A stretch of 64,000 nt of DNA from an uncultured Dehalococcoidia bacterium (GTDB taxonomy: Bacteria > Chloroflexota > Dehalococcoidia > Lucifugimonadales > UBA1123), in the NCBI GenBank assembly GCA_951812505.1, contig CATOSI010000001.1, positions 750,012 to 814,011 on the forward strand, given 5' to 3'. Within the stretch, counting starts at the first letter, position 1. Every line of letters starts with the position of its first letter. Positions 29,264 through 40,091 of this stretch are shown here, one piece after another. Below the pieces are notes generated by a model, which was given only the letters and a program-made list of their open reading frames with translations, had not been told where the DNA came from and did not search any database. Position numbers and translations under genes: made by a program.

Positions 29264-30709
29264 CTAGATGTAGGCGCCGGGGCCCGCGCGCTGGATTGCG
29301 GCTGCCTGGGACACGTCGGAGCAGGATGCGCCGGTCGGGAATATCTTGCCCGGGTTGAACATGTTATTCGTTGCGAAAGACGGTCTGAGCTCTGCCATTG
29401 CCTGCATGTCGGCATCGGTAAACATCAGAGGCATGTGCTCCTGCTTCTCGAGACCTATTCCGTGCTCCCCGGACAGGACTCCGCCAACCTCCACGCACAT
29501 CTCAAGTATCTCGCCGGCTATGTCGAGAGCGTTTTCGGTGTCGCCCGGCTTTCTCTCGTCGAAAAGTATCGAGGGATGGAGATTACCGTCTCCGGCGTGA
29601 AGCAGGTTGGCAATGGGGTATCCGGTTCGATCAGATATGTCGCTTATGCGGGAGAGAACTTCGACCAGCCGGGTTCTGGGGACTGTGCCATCCACAAGGA
29701 TGTAGTTGGGGGCAAGTCGGCCCAAAGCTCCAAGAACGCCCTTCCTGCCGGACCAGAGTCTTTCGCGCGCGACCGGATCGGTTGCGGTCCTGATTTCTAG
29801 CGGGTTATAGGAACTGCACACTTCCTCGATGGCAGCGACCTCCTCCTCGACAGATTCCGCGAGGCCGTCAACTTCGACGAGAAGCACCGCGCCAGCGCCC
29901 GCAGGATAGCCCGCGTTGACGGCGGGCTCGACGGCGCGGATGCAAGTGTCGTCCATCATCTCAATGGCAGCGGGCACTATGCCTGCGCCGATTATGCCGG
30001 ACACGGCCGCGCTCGCGTCGTCGAGTTCCTGGAAGATGGCGAGCAGGGTCTTCACGGATTCCGGCTGCCTGAGAAGTCGGACGGCAATCTTGGTGACCAT
30101 CGCAAGTGTGCCCTCGGAGCCGATAAGGATCCCCCGAAGATCGAAGCCTGGGTAGTTCCTTCCTAGTCCGCCGACCCATTCGATGCTTCCGTCGGCGTAA
30201 ACGACCTCGAGGCCAAGGACGTGATTCGTGGTAACTCCGTAGGCGAGGCAGTGAGGTCCGCCGGAGTTCTCTGCCACGTTACCTCCAATCGTGCAGGCAC
30301 GCTGGCTGGAAGGGTCGGGCGCGTAGTAGAGGCCATACTGGGAAACGTGCTCGGTGAGGTGTAGGTTTATCACACCGGGTTCGATTATGGCGACTCGATT
30401 CTCGACATCCACTTCGAGTATGCGAGTCATCCGGGTCAGGGCGAGGACTAAGCCGCCGTGTTCGGCGACGGCGCCTCCGCTGAGTCCGGTGCCTGCTCCG
30501 CGCGCGACCACAGGAATCTCGTGTCCGGCAGCGACTTTGACGCAGCGCGAGACTTCTTCTGCGCTGTCGGGCAATGCAACCACTGTGGGGAGAGCGCGGT
30601 CAACTGAGCCATCGTATTCGAAGACGATCAGGTCTTCGGGCTTGTGGAGGACATAGTCCGATCCGACGATGGCCTGAAGTTCTTCGATTATGGCTCGGAA
30701 GTCCACCAT
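29264..30709 (-). CDS. glcD: Glycolate oxidase subunit GlcD (FAD-linked oxidase)
   Basis: RGAGTGLSGG, PDPSS, GGNVAENSGG, GSEGTL, HAGDGNLHP, SGEHGIG; GGGAGG RBS before ATG 30709. Confidence 0.9.
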   Translation of the reverse strand: MVDFRAIIEELQAIVGSDYVLHKPEDLIVFEYDGSVDRALPTVVALPDSAEEVSRCVKVAAGHEIPVVARGAGTGLSGGAVAEHGGLVLALTRMTRILEVDVENRVAIIEPGVINLHLTEHVSQYGLYYAPDPSSQRACTIGGNVAENSGGPHCLAYGVTTNHVLGLEVVYADGSIEWVGGLGRNYPGFDLRGILIGSEGTLAMVTKIAVRLLRQPESVKTLLAIFQELDDASAAVSGIIGAGIVPAAIEMMDDTCIRAVEPAVNAGYPAGAGAVLLVEVDGLAESVEEEVAAIEEVCSSYNPLEIRTATDPVARERLWSGRKGVLGALGRLAPNYILVDGTVPRTRLVEVLSRISDISDRTGYPIANLLHAGDGNLHPSILFDERKPGDTENALDIAGEILEMCVEVGGVLSGEHGIGLEKQEHMPLMFTDADMQAMAELRPSFATNNMFNPGKIFPTGASCSDVSQAAAIQRAGPGAYI

Positions 30710-30833
30710 CCAGCCTCCCTCTTGCATGGAGGCAATCATAGTTGATTGGGGCGGGGATAGGCAATAAGCCTATCAACCAGGGCAGGGCCTTTTCAAAGTC
30801 GACCATGTCGAGCATTGACCGCCCCTCCCCCCT

Positions 30834-31026
30834 GGATTCCCGCTCCCCGTCTCCACGAGGACAGGCTTCGCGGGAATCACCCATGCAGGTTACGCTCAGC
30901 ACAACGAGCAATGAAAATATCCATCTTCATACCAATGACGGTAGTTGTGCAAAGGTCTCCGTTAAGGGGAAGGGACTTTTGCCCGCCCTTGTCAGCCCAT
31001 CAAGGGAGAGGGGACATTCAACATAC
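30834..31026. repeat. Composite intergenic repeat cluster (long REP variant, TGCAAAGGTCTCC motif, CCCATCAAGGGAGAGGGG motif)
   Basis: Shares motifs with 56558-56730 and 59012-59058. Confidence 0.7.
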
Positions 31027-31043
31027 AGGCGACGCGACCCAGT

Positions 31044-33089
31044 CTAGCTCAGGACCTGGGACATCATGGCGTCGGGGTTGGTTGTGGGGAGCTGGCAGGC
31101 GTAGTTGCGGCAGACGTAGGCGGTCGGCTTGCCTTCAATGACCGTTCTGTCCTGGAATACAGGCCAGTGGCTTACATCTTCGGCATTCTCGGGGGCGGAC
31201 ACAACGACTGTGCTTGTCTGGTAGGCGGAGGCGAGGCGACGGAGCAATTCGTCCGGTCCGGGACCGCCTGCGCCGGTTACTATGACCGCTTCTTTGTGGT
31301 CGGACAGATAGAAGTCGAGGACGGACAGCCAGTGTCCGGCGCCAGTGGGGAACTGGATCATGATGTCGCGGACGGAGCGGAGTGAATCGGAGGCCATGGT
31401 CCTGAGATCGCCGTCACCTGTGATAATGGAGAGTCGGGCCAGTACACCTGTCATCATGGAGTGACCGGAGGGGAGTGCGTTGTCGGTGACGTCGCGGGGT
31501 CGGATTATGAGGCTTTCCTGGTCGCTGCCTGTATCGTAGAAGCGACTCTGAAGGGGGTCCCAGAAAAGCGCGACGGCCTGCCGCGTCAGTTTCTCGGCCT
31601 GGACGAGCCAGCGTAGGTCGCCGTCCGCGGAGTGCAGCGCGAGCAGGCCGTCTATGAGGTGGGAGTAGTCGCCGAGGAAGCCCTGCGCGCCGTTGTCGGA
31701 ATCTCCGTCGGTCCGTCTCAGACGATCTTCCCGCACCATGTTTGTCAGAATGAAATCGGCGTTGTCGTGGGCGGATTTCAGATAGTCGTCCCTGCCGAAC
31801 ACGGCGGCGGCCTCGGCCATGGCAGCCATCATTAGTCCATTCCAGGATGTGATTACCTTTGTATCGGTGAGTGGGGCTATCCTGCCTGAACGTTCCTCCA
31901 GCAGCCTGGCGCTGGCGGACTCTACTAGGGATTCCAGACCTGCTACGGACATGGAATGTCTAGCCGCAACTTCGGAGGCGTCGTTGGGCACATTGAGGAT
32001 AGACATGCCCTCGAAGTTGCCCTCGGTGGTGACTCCGAAATAGTCGGCGACGACATTGGCATCCGCATTGCCGAGCACGCGGGCTAGCTGTTCGGGTCGC
32101 CAGACGAAGAACTTGCCTTCCACGCCCTCGCTGTCGGCGTCCTGGGCAGCGTAGAAGCCGCCATCGGAGTGGCGCATTTCTCGCAGGACGTAGTCGAGTA
32201 TTCCCTGCGCGACTCTCGCATAGGACGGGTTCCGGGTGGCCTGGAATGCGTGCGTGTAGAGCCGCGCAAGCAGAGCGTTGTCGTATAGCATCTTCTCAAA
32301 GTGCGGGACAAGCCAGAAGGCGTCGGTGGAGTACCTGTGGAACCCACCGCCAATCTGGTCGTACATGCCTCCTGCAGCCATTTTGTCGAGGGTCAGTTCC
32401 AGCATCTCGAGCGCGAGCGGCACACCGGTCCTGTGGTAGAAGCGGAGCAGGAATTCGAGGGTCTGCGGCTGGGGGAACTTAGGCTGAAGGCCGAAGCCGC
32501 CGGACCTGTCGTCGAACTGGTTAGTCAACTGGTCGAACGCGGCCCGCAGTATCGCATCGGTGAGAGGTTCCACACTTCTGCCCGCTGCGAAAGACTGGTT
32601 AATCCTGTCGACAAGCTGCCTGCCGCTGGTTATCACATCGGAGCGGCGCGTACTGAATACCTCGGCCATCGTGGAGAGAACTCGGGGGAAAGAGGGCAGG
32701 CCACCCCTGTCTTCGGGCGGGAAGTATGTGCCGCCGTAGAAGGGAGAACCGTCCGCCGTGAGGAAGACGGTCATGGGCCAACCGCCATGTCCGGTCATTG
32801 CCTGGATAGCAGTCATGTAAACGGAATCTACGTCTGGGCGCTCCTCGCGGTCCACCTTGATACTGATGAACGATTCATTCATCATGGCGGCGATTTCGGG
32901 ATTCTCGAAGGACTCGCGCTCCATGACGTGGCACCAGTGGCAGGAGGAGTAGCCGACGCTGAGCAGGACAGGCAGGTCGCGCTCGCGGGCGGCCTCGAAC
33001 GCCTCCTCGCCCCAGGGATACCAGTCAACCGGGTTGTCTTTGTGCTGGAGCAGATAGAGGCTAGTTTCGTTGGACAGGCGGTTAGGCAT
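31044..33089 (-). CDS. YyaL/SSP411 thioredoxin-domain protein
   Basis: [49 protein letters not shown]. Confidence 0.93.
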   Translation of the reverse strand: MPNRLSNETSLYLLQHKDNPVDWYPWGEEAFEAARERDLPVLLSVGYSSCHWCHVMERESFENPEIAAMMNESFISIKVDREERPDVDSVYMTAIQAMTGHGGWPMTVFLTADGSPFYGGTYFPPEDRGGLPSFPRVLSTMAEVFSTRRSDVITSGRQLVDRINQSFAAGRSVEPLTDAILRAAFDQLTNQFDDRSGGFGLQPKFPQPQTLEFLLRFYHRTGVPLALEMLELTLDKMAAGGMYDQIGGGFHRYSTDAFWLVPHFEKMLYDNALLARLYTHAFQATRNPSYARVAQGILDYVLREMRHSDGGFYAAQDADSEGVEGKFFVWRPEQLARVLGNADANVVADYFGVTTEGNFEGMSILNVPNDASEVAARHSMSVAGLESLVESASARLLEERSGRIAPLTDTKVITSWNGLMMAAMAEAAAVFGRDDYLKSAHDNADFILTNMVREDRLRRTDGDSDNGAQGFLGDYSHLIDGLLALHSADGDLRWLVQAEKLTRQAVALFWDPLQSRFYDTGSDQESLIIRPRDVTDNALPSGHSMMTGVLARLSIITGDGDLRTMASDSLRSVRDIMIQFPTGAGHWLSVLDFYLSDHKEAVIVTGAGGPGPDELLRRLASAYQTSTVVVSAPENAEDVSHWPVFQDRTVIEGKPTAYVCRNYACQLPTTNPDAMMSQVLS

Positions 33090-33098
33090 AGTTGGGTC

Positions 33099-34580
33099 TC
33101 AGTCTCCGCGGACCTGTAGGGTCGTTACTTCTTTGGACTCGAGGTCGGTAACCCGGATGGCATGGTTGTTGGTGTCCGCAATGTAGAGCTTGCCGTCGTG
33201 GGCACTAACTCCGCCGGGTTCGTAGAACTGGGCCTGGGAGCCGTCGCCGTCCGCGTCGCCGACTTCGCCCGAACCGAATACGGACCTGCACAGTCGCGAA
33301 CCGGGGTCGAGGGACTTGATCTTGTTGTTGTACGAGTCGGTAATCCAGAGCAAGCCTTCGTGGAGCTCGAGTCCGATGGGGTGCTGCAGTCTCACATCGT
33401 CTCCGATGCCGTCAACGTCTCCGAAGGTAAACAGTCCCTCGCCGACGAGGGTGTTCACCGCGCCCATCGGAGAGACGGAGGCGGACCTGATCGAACTCGT
33501 TTCGCTGTCGGCGAAGTAGATGGTCTCGCCGTCCGACACAATGCCGCTGGGCTGGGCGAGTTCGGCTTGCTGGAGGGGGCCGTCGATGATTCTCTCGCGA
33601 CCGTTGCCAGCGTGCGGACGCAGGTCCCTGCTGTCGAGGTCCAGCTTCCATAGCTGGTGGAAACCAGCCATCGCTATGTACAGAGCGCTTTCGACTTTGA
33701 CCACGTCCCAGGGGGAGGCCAGGGATACGAAGCGTCCATTGCCACCAGCGTGCCGTCCCACAGACTGCTCGCCGGTGCCGGCGATAGTCCTGACCTGGAG
33801 ACTTTCGAGGTCTATCATCCTGATGGCGTGATTCTTGGTGTCGGCCACGTAGAGACGGGGCCAGTCGAGGGCGGCGCCCTGTGGATCGTGGAAAGCGGCC
33901 TCAGTTGCGTGGCCGTCCTTCAGACCGCGCTCGCCACTTCCAATTACGGCTTTGACCTCGCCGTCCAAGTCGGTCCAGACTATCCTGTTGTGACTGGAGT
34001 CGGAGATGAACAGTCCATGTTCGGAAGCGACCACCTTGCCGGGGAAGGAGAGGGGACGCTCCCACTCCAATTCGCTCTCGAGTCTGAAGGCGAGGGGCTT
34101 GCGGTCCATTTCGCCGATCTCGTCGAATTCGCCGATCATAGTAGCGAGGACGTTGTCCAGCGCCTCAATCGGGAACTCACCTTCGTGCTTGCCAATGACC
34201 TTGCCCGACGGACTTATGAACATCAGGGTGGGCCAGGCCCGGCAGGCGTACTGCTGCCAGACCATGAAATCGGCGTCGTTGATGACGGGGTGTTCTATTT
34301 CGTATCGAAGAATGGCGCGCCGAACACTATCCGTAGCTTTCTCCGCGTTGAACTTAGCCGAGTGAACTCCAACCACCGCGAGTTCGCCAGCGTACTTCTC
34401 CTCCAATTTCCGCAACTGCGGAAACACATGCATACAGTTAATTCAACAGTACGTCCAGAAGTCCAAGACCAGAACCTTGCCACTGAAATCGGCAAGCGTT
34501 AGTGGGCGTTCGGTGTTCAGCCAATCCAGGCCCGTCGGAAAATCGGGGGCATTGACGGTCCCAGTGAATCTGCGCGCCAT
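33099..34580 (-). CDS. Thioredoxin-like + NHL-repeat protein (NHLRC2/SOQ1-like), predicted selenoprotein with in-frame UGA at 34443-34445
   Basis: The two ORFs of the track are one frame: LDFWTYC-TGA-INCMHV...GVHSAKF...AWPT followed by NHL repeats; GAGGAG RBS before ATG 34580; 493 aa when read through. Confidence 0.85.
34407..34424 (-). promoter_or_regulatory. Candidate bacterial SECIS hairpin
   Basis: mRNA UUUCCGC-AGUU-GCGGAAA, starting 18 nt 3' of the UGA, with a G in the apical loop. Confidence 0.65.
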
Positions 34581-34647
34581 AGCATTACTCCTCGCATCAT
34601 TTCCATCGTCAGCGACAGAATCGCTGGGAAATCGGTTATGCCCGAAC

Positions 34648-35307
34648 TCAGGCGGGCCAGTCTTCGAGATTATACGCCATTGTCCAGAACATGTGCTCAT
34701 AGCGTGAGCTGGTTAGATAAGCCTGCTCCATCATATCTCGCGTATCGGGGCCAGCTTCATCGGCGAGTTCGTCCACGAATTCCGACCAAGCGGCTACGCT
34801 TACTTCAAGCAGCCCCTCCGCGTAGCTTGACTGCCAGATCTTGTAAGTGGGATGTTCGGGCTCTTTCAGTATCTTGCCGACCTCATGGTATATGCGAGGG
34901 CAGGGGAGAAGAGCCGCGACGCCGCAGGCAAGACCGCCCATGTCCATCGAGACTTCGATGTGGTTCATATACGCAAGATTCGTCGGTGAGGGTGTCGAGG
35001 CTTCTGCCTCCTCCTCCGTGACGCCAAGCGCGTCAAAGAGCGCGCCGTGTAGCGGCCTTTCCACCGGGGTCGTCACCCGCTTGAGCAGCCTGACGGCGGA
35101 ATCTGTGTCGGGGGCCTGAGCGAGCGCTGCGGCGGCCGCACGTCCGAATGCGCCAAGGTACAGATAGTCCTGCAGAATGTAAAAGCGAAACTTCTCTATT
35201 GGGAGGGTCCCGTCCTGCAATTCAGCGAGGAAGGGATGGACAGACACCGATTCCCATATTGGGGAAGCTTGGCTCCAAAGGAAAGAGCTGAACGAGCTGT
35301 TTTCCAT
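34648..35307 (-). CDS. tenA: TenA family (thiaminase II-like) protein
   Basis: [42 protein letters not shown]. Confidence 0.85.
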   Translation of the reverse strand: MENSSFSSFLWSQASPIWESVSVHPFLAELQDGTLPIEKFRFYILQDYLYLGAFGRAAAAALAQAPDTDSAVRLLKRVTTPVERPLHGALFDALGVTEEEAEASTPSPTNLAYMNHIEVSMDMGGLACGVAALLPCPRIYHEVGKILKEPEHPTYKIWQSSYAEGLLEVSVAAWSEFVDELADEAGPDTRDMMEQAYLTSSRYEHMFWTMAYNLEDWPA

Positions 35308-35526
35308 CTATTATAATATCTCCATTATAAGCTACGAGAATCCAGTAGAAGGCATTGATGCATATATGTGAATATTTTTATACAGAATGGCGATTCATGT
35401 AGTTGCGATTTCGATCTGGCGTATCAGTCGACGGCATACATATCTAACAATTGCAATATTCATTAAGATTATTCAGACAGGTCGGTGGGGTAGTATGGCG
35501 GACAATGCCGGTCGGAGCGAGGGGAG

Positions 35527-35600
35527 CGTCCCTGGCAGGATTCGAACCCGCGACCCGCTGCTTAGAAGGCAGCCGCTCTATCCAGCTGAGCTACAGGGAC
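35527..35600 (-). tRNA. tRNA-Arg(TCT), CCA not encoded
   Basis: GTCCCTG acceptor stem, D arm TAGCTCAGCTGGATAGAGC, anticodon arm GCTGC-CTTCTAA-GCAGC, T loop GGTTCGAATCC. Confidence 0.96.
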
Positions 35601-35949
35601 ACAGTCTGACTACGAATTCAGTTTAGCAACGGCCCATATTCGGGTCAAGGAAGTCGAGAATCAATTCGTCTGCCTTCAGACTCTTGTCTGCAGTACCGGC
35701 GGTCAATCTCTTCAGGAAACTTTCACGATTCGCGACGTCGGAAAAGATGACCTCATCAGAGATGCTAAATTCGATTATCTTCGGAAGGACCAAACGGATT
35801 GTTCATCTGCGTCATTTCCTGGAAGCAGCCTACCAGCTATCGAACTTCTAGAACTCACAGCCATCGCGAAAATGCGACGACGTCAAACCCCGTCACACTG
35901 AACACGGTCATCACATTGCGGCAAGCGCGGGAAGAGAATTGATCTGACT

Positions 35950-36444
35950 TCAACGGGCGCTTGAGTCTGTCCTGATCCAGACTATAGACACCGGTTTTTG
36001 GGAAAGTTCTCGAATTTCGACCAATTTGACCGCTTCGACATACGGTAGGGTAGTGCAGTGGCGCTGCAAAAGTCTTCCCAGCGGCCTTCCAAGCAGCATC
36101 GCAGCTATGACCGCGGCGACCGAACCTCGGACGGTGGACCAGAAAGTCCTCTTCCGACCTGAGAATATCCTGGCCGCCAAGGCTCCCACGAGCGCGAAAG
36201 TCACGATGTTTGTTCCACAATACGGGGAGATCGCGAGCTCGGAATTGCCGGCTTTCAGAAGGTCCAAGGCATCCCGGGCGGCGAGCGCAACATCATCTAT
36301 GGAACCACGCGACCAGATAACGAATCCGGGGCCAATCGAGTAGCCTCCCATCGGCGCGGGCACGCCACGTTCCAGCATGAGGGTCACCGTCGCGTGTTCG
36401 ATTGCGTGGTTCCTGCGAACACTTTCCATAAGGGCTATTCTCAA
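35950..36444 (-). CDS. DUF6391-like protein
   Basis: RRNHAIEHAT...L..G...LAISPYCGTN plus a hydrophobic C-terminal part. Confidence 0.7.
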   Translation of the reverse strand: MRIALMESVRRNHAIEHATVTLMLERGVPAPMGGYSIGPGFVIWSRGSIDDVALAARDALDLLKAGNSELAISPYCGTNIVTFALVGALAARIFSGRKRTFWSTVRGSVAAVIAAMLLGRPLGRLLQRHCTTLPYVEAVKLVEIRELSQKPVSIVWIRTDSSAR

Positions 36445-36829
36445 GTCAGGCCTCCTCGCACGCCGGAATCATGAAGCGACTGGCGTACAAGAATAACACA
36501 TGTCAGTAGTTCGGAGATTCCTGTGTATTTGCACCAAGCACCTTGGACCTGTGATACCCGGGGCAATAACGTCTCAGGTGCTACGCGCCACCAAAATGCA
36601 ATGAGGGTCTCATGGTAGAGGAGGATCAAGCACGTAACTGCCAGTCCGACGCTGCCTAAGACAAGCCAGATGGCGCTCGCAGTAGGGCAGACTATATAAA
36701 CTGGGCAATCATTATTAAACACAAAACAACAGTGTAAAATATATGACACTCGCCTGCTTATCTTATTCAGAATGATTTCCAACTATTTCAAGATCATGGC
36801 AAATGCTGGAAAAAGTATTGAAAAGTACA

Positions 36830-36858
36830 TTGACACTTTGCCTCTGCAATATTAGAAT
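36830..36858 (+). promoter_or_regulatory. Sigma70-type promoter
   Basis: TTGACA-17 nt-TAGAAT upstream of the gene at 36891. Confidence 0.8.
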
Positions 36859-36890
36859 GCCTACAACATCAATAAACGGAGGCAGGGGAA

Positions 36891-37115
36891 ATGACCCGCA
36901 AGACCAAGAAGATGATCGCCGTCGAAGAGAAGTTCCACCAGCCACTCGAGAAGATTCTGCCTGAGATGGTAACCGCCGAAGGGCTGTCCTCCACCGCAGA
37001 CAGGCTCGGCGTGAGCAAGGCGACGTTGGGCTACTGGCTGCTCAAGCTGGGCATCAACGTCAGGAGAGTCGCGCTCGCGCCGGGCGAAACCATCGAGATC
37101 AAGCGAGTAAGCTAA
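36891..37115 (+). CDS. Small helix-turn-helix protein
   Basis: GLSSTADRLGVSKATLGYW HTH; own promoter, GGAGG/AGGGG RBS and downstream hairpin. Confidence 0.8.
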   Translation: MTRKTKKMIAVEEKFHQPLEKILPEMVTAEGLSSTADRLGVSKATLGYWLLKLGINVRRVALAPGETIEIKRVS

Positions 37116-37167
37116 GATGGTCCATTCTCCCGGGCAGCGGGAATGGCCCAATACTGAGTCAGACAAA

Positions 37168-37197
37168 ATGACCGTCGGGTGCGAACCCGGCGGTCAT
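37168..37197. terminator. Stem-loop between convergent genes
   Basis: ATGACCGTCGGGT-GCGA-ACCCGGCGGTCAT. Confidence 0.7.
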
Positions 37198-37246
37198 CTG
37201 CGTTTCACAGGAGCGCTTCTTCTAATGCACAGGAGAAGACCAGGAG

Positions 37247-37738
37247 CTACTGAGTAGCTCCTGGTACCATCGCAGCGCGAGGAAGCAAGGCCGGTTTGAG
37301 TTTCGCCCCCAGTGGAACCGCGTAGAGCAATAAGAAGATGACCAGCGGATCAAGAGATGAGACTTGGCGGAAGAGGAAAGCCTTATCAGGGATTCGGTCA
37401 AAGGCGCCGGCGGCAAGCGCTACGTGAGGTTCGTCCCATAGGATGGGCCCTTGCGTGCTGTTGGGGTGACCGGACAGAGGAACTTGCATAGCCTTTATGA
37501 AGGCGGGAGTCTGCACCCCGGCAGGGGAGCAGGACAGGACAATACATGACACTCGCTCGGGGTTCGCCAAGGCGAATCGCATTCCAGTCCAGCCGCCCAT
37601 AGGCTGGCAAACTATAGCCGCGCGTTCAACCCCGGTCTCGTCCATAACGGCGAGTATATCTTCAGCGAAATGGGACGCCTTCCTGTAACGGGGTTCGCAA
37701 TGAGACCTTCCCCAGCCACGCCAGTCACGAATGGGCAT
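37247..37738 (-). pseudogene. Truncated alpha/beta hydrolase fragment
   Basis: Begins at DWRGWGRS (N-terminal part missing); the nucleophile elbow reads CQPMGG instead of xSMGG; the C-terminus loses similarity. Confidence 0.6.
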
Positions 37739-37741
37739 ACA

Positions 37742-38209
37742 TCAGTAGCGCCTGGCTCCTATCGCTGCTCGAGCCTCGCGCTCGCGTTCACGCTCGATCA
37801 GCGCGCGTCGCTTGTCGAAGCGTTTCTTGCCGCGCGCGACAGCCAACTCCAGCTTGGCCTTATGGTTCCTGATGTACAACCTTAGCGGCACGAGCGTAAG
37901 GCCGCGCTGGTCAACCTGCTTGGAGAGCTGAAGAATCTCGTCGCTGTGCAGAAGCAACTTCCTGGGCCTCTTTGGTTCGTGGTTGTTCCGGTGGGCAGGG
38001 GCGTACTCGTCAATGTGGAGATTATGCAGCCACATTTCGCCATCCACGGGACGGGCATAGGAGTCGCTGAGGCTCACCTTGCGGTCGCGGACGGACTTAA
38101 TCTCAGTCCCGGTGAGAACCAAGCCGGCCTCGACGGTGTCCACGATTTCGTAGTCGTAGCGCGCCCTTCTATTCGTGGTAATTGTAGAATTGCCCTTACT
38201 GCTCAACAC
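37742..38209 (-). CDS. smpB: SsrA-binding protein
   Basis: NRRARYDY, EAGLVLTGTEIKSVR, HEPKRPRKLLLH, GKKRFDKR. Confidence 0.97.
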   Translation of the reverse strand: MLSSKGNSTITTNRRARYDYEIVDTVEAGLVLTGTEIKSVRDRKVSLSDSYARPVDGEMWLHNLHIDEYAPAHRNNHEPKRPRKLLLHSDEILQLSKQVDQRGLTLVPLRLYIRNHKAKLELAVARGKKRFDKRRALIEREREREARAAIGARRY

Positions 38210-38217
38210 TTCACCCT

Positions 38218-39603
38218 CTAAGCTCCACCTGCGGCGCTTCCGCCCACAAGTTCTTCCATCACCTCGATCGCCTTTTCTAGTTGGGACGTATCCGCCTTCT
38301 GCTTGTCTCTGGATGTGACCTCGTGGTCTGGTTCAACACCATTGCCCTCGATGAGTCGTCCGTCAGGCGTGTACCACTTGGCAATTGTCAGGTAGAGTCC
38401 GCCACCATTCGTGAGGCGGCGCAGGATATTGACGCTGCCTTTTCCGAAGGTTGTCGAACCGACCACCGGAGCGCGATCATGATCCTGGATCGCACCCACG
38501 ACGATCTCGGAGGCGCTGGCACTGAATCCGTTAGCAAGAACCACAAGAGGAATGTCGGCGAATTCTCCTCCGTTCCTGGACGTGTGGTTGTCCCGGTCGC
38601 CTTCGCCGTCGAGTTCGTACAGGATGAGGCTGCCGTCCTCAAGGAACATACTGGTTACATCAATGACGCTGCTGAGCAGCCCGCCCGGGTTGTCACGAAC
38701 ATCCAGAATGAGCCCCTCGGCGCCGTTCTTCTGCGCCTCTCTGATGGCCTCGGCCAACTCTTCGGCGGTATTGGCGTAGAAAGTGCTGAGCCTGATATGC
38801 GCGAACCTATCTTCGGGCCGGCTGCGCACGAGAACGCTTTCGAGGGGGATCGTATCGCGCACGACTACGATCTCCACTTCGTCAGCTTGCGTAAGATGCT
38901 TGATGAGAAGACGGACCTCGGAACCCTTCGGGCCCCGGATCTTGTTCACGGCTTCGAGCAGACTCAGGCCGACGATGCTTTCGCCGTCTACTTCCATAAC
39001 CAAGTCTCCGGGCTTCAAGCCGGCCGCCTCGGCAGGGCCCCCCTCGATAGGCGAGACAATCTGGAGTTTGCCGTCGGGCCTCATATCCACCCTGGCACCT
39101 ATACCCTCAAAGGAGCCGTAGAGGTCCTCGTTCTCGACCTCGAACGCTTCGGGCGGCACATATCCCGAATGCGGATCGCCGGTGCCCTGAATCAGGCCCC
39201 TTATCGCAGCTTCATTGAAAGTGTCGGTCTCAAATTCGTTCCGGTCCACGTGCTGCTCGGTGAGAAGGGACCATGCCTCCCAGACAGTGGCAAGCTCCTC
39301 GGGCACGCCCTGCGGAATCTTCAGATCATCCGGGGCCGGTATGGCAGTAGGGAGAACCATCGGATCCTGCGGCTTTGCGGCGGGCAGGGCAGTGGGTTCC
39401 TGCTGCGCCGTCGATGCACCGGCCTGTTCAGCCGGCGCAGGTTGGGAGGCATCCGCAGCGGGAGGCGACGGTTCACCATCATCCTGGCAGGAGCCGAGCG
39501 CAAGAACAGCAATCAGAGAAATGATCGCAATCCAAACGATCGGGCGAGACCTCCACGGAAAACTATGCGTCTTTTCGGGGTAGAGATATGTATTTGAAGG
39601 CAT
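38218..39603 (-). CDS. S41 carboxyl-terminal protease (PDZ), probable lipoprotein
   Basis: LALGSC lipobox-like motif, DVRDNPGG, SASASEI, TFGKGSV. Confidence 0.92.
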   Translation of the reverse strand: MPSNTYLYPEKTHSFPWRSRPIVWIAIISLIAVLALGSCQDDGEPSPPAADASQPAPAEQAGASTAQQEPTALPAAKPQDPMVLPTAIPAPDDLKIPQGVPEELATVWEAWSLLTEQHVDRNEFETDTFNEAAIRGLIQGTGDPHSGYVPPEAFEVENEDLYGSFEGIGARVDMRPDGKLQIVSPIEGGPAEAAGLKPGDLVMEVDGESIVGLSLLEAVNKIRGPKGSEVRLLIKHLTQADEVEIVVVRDTIPLESVLVRSRPEDRFAHIRLSTFYANTAEELAEAIREAQKNGAEGLILDVRDNPGGLLSSVIDVTSMFLEDGSLILYELDGEGDRDNHTSRNGGEFADIPLVVLANGFSASASEIVVGAIQDHDRAPVVGSTTFGKGSVNILRRLTNGGGLYLTIAKWYTPDGRLIEGNGVEPDHEVTSRDKQKADTSQLEKAIEVMEELVGGSAAGGA

Positions 39604-40091
39604 AAACCTATTTTAGCACCTGGCGTACGTCTAGCATATTCCAGTAAAGAACGTCTGTCGTGAGGCAACTACTCTTAATCGTGGAGAGGGGCGCGTCGTC
39701 GTACCAATAACTACGTCGAAGTTACGAGACGCGGATTGTAACGCCACAACATCAGCACGACATAAGAAAACCGCGGTCCCCGTCCAGGAATTCGATGTCT
39801 TTGCAGAAGACCAAGTTATTCTTTGAAATAGGAACTGAACGGGTGCGGAATATCGCGATTCTTAGGTACTCGCACTTCAAATATCCTCACCCCCGGATTG
39901 CCGCCTTCGCGGAACTGACGGCAGCGTGATCGGAATTGAGGGTGGCAATACACAAGACTCTCTTTTCAGAAATACATGAAATATGGTAGCATTTTTGTCC
40001 AACAACTTGAAATACAAGCTTGGATCAGTAGCGTAACTTAAATAATGCCGGAAAATATTTTCTGAAATATGCAGTCTGCGGAGGGAAAACC

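Noticed and set aside
35308..35520. TPP riboswitch upstream of tenA
   Set aside because: The conserved GCTGAGA and CCTGA...AGGGA segments were not found
35527..35950. Prophage or integrative element at tRNA-Arg
   Set aside because: No integrase and no duplicated tRNA 3' end seen; the ~56-codon minus-strand ORF there lacks support
38281..39597. Long antisense ORFs (also 28307-29800, 60311-61450, 15479-16390, 46511-47395)
   Set aside because: Shadow frames opposite well-supported genes in GC-rich DNA, with no recognisable motifs
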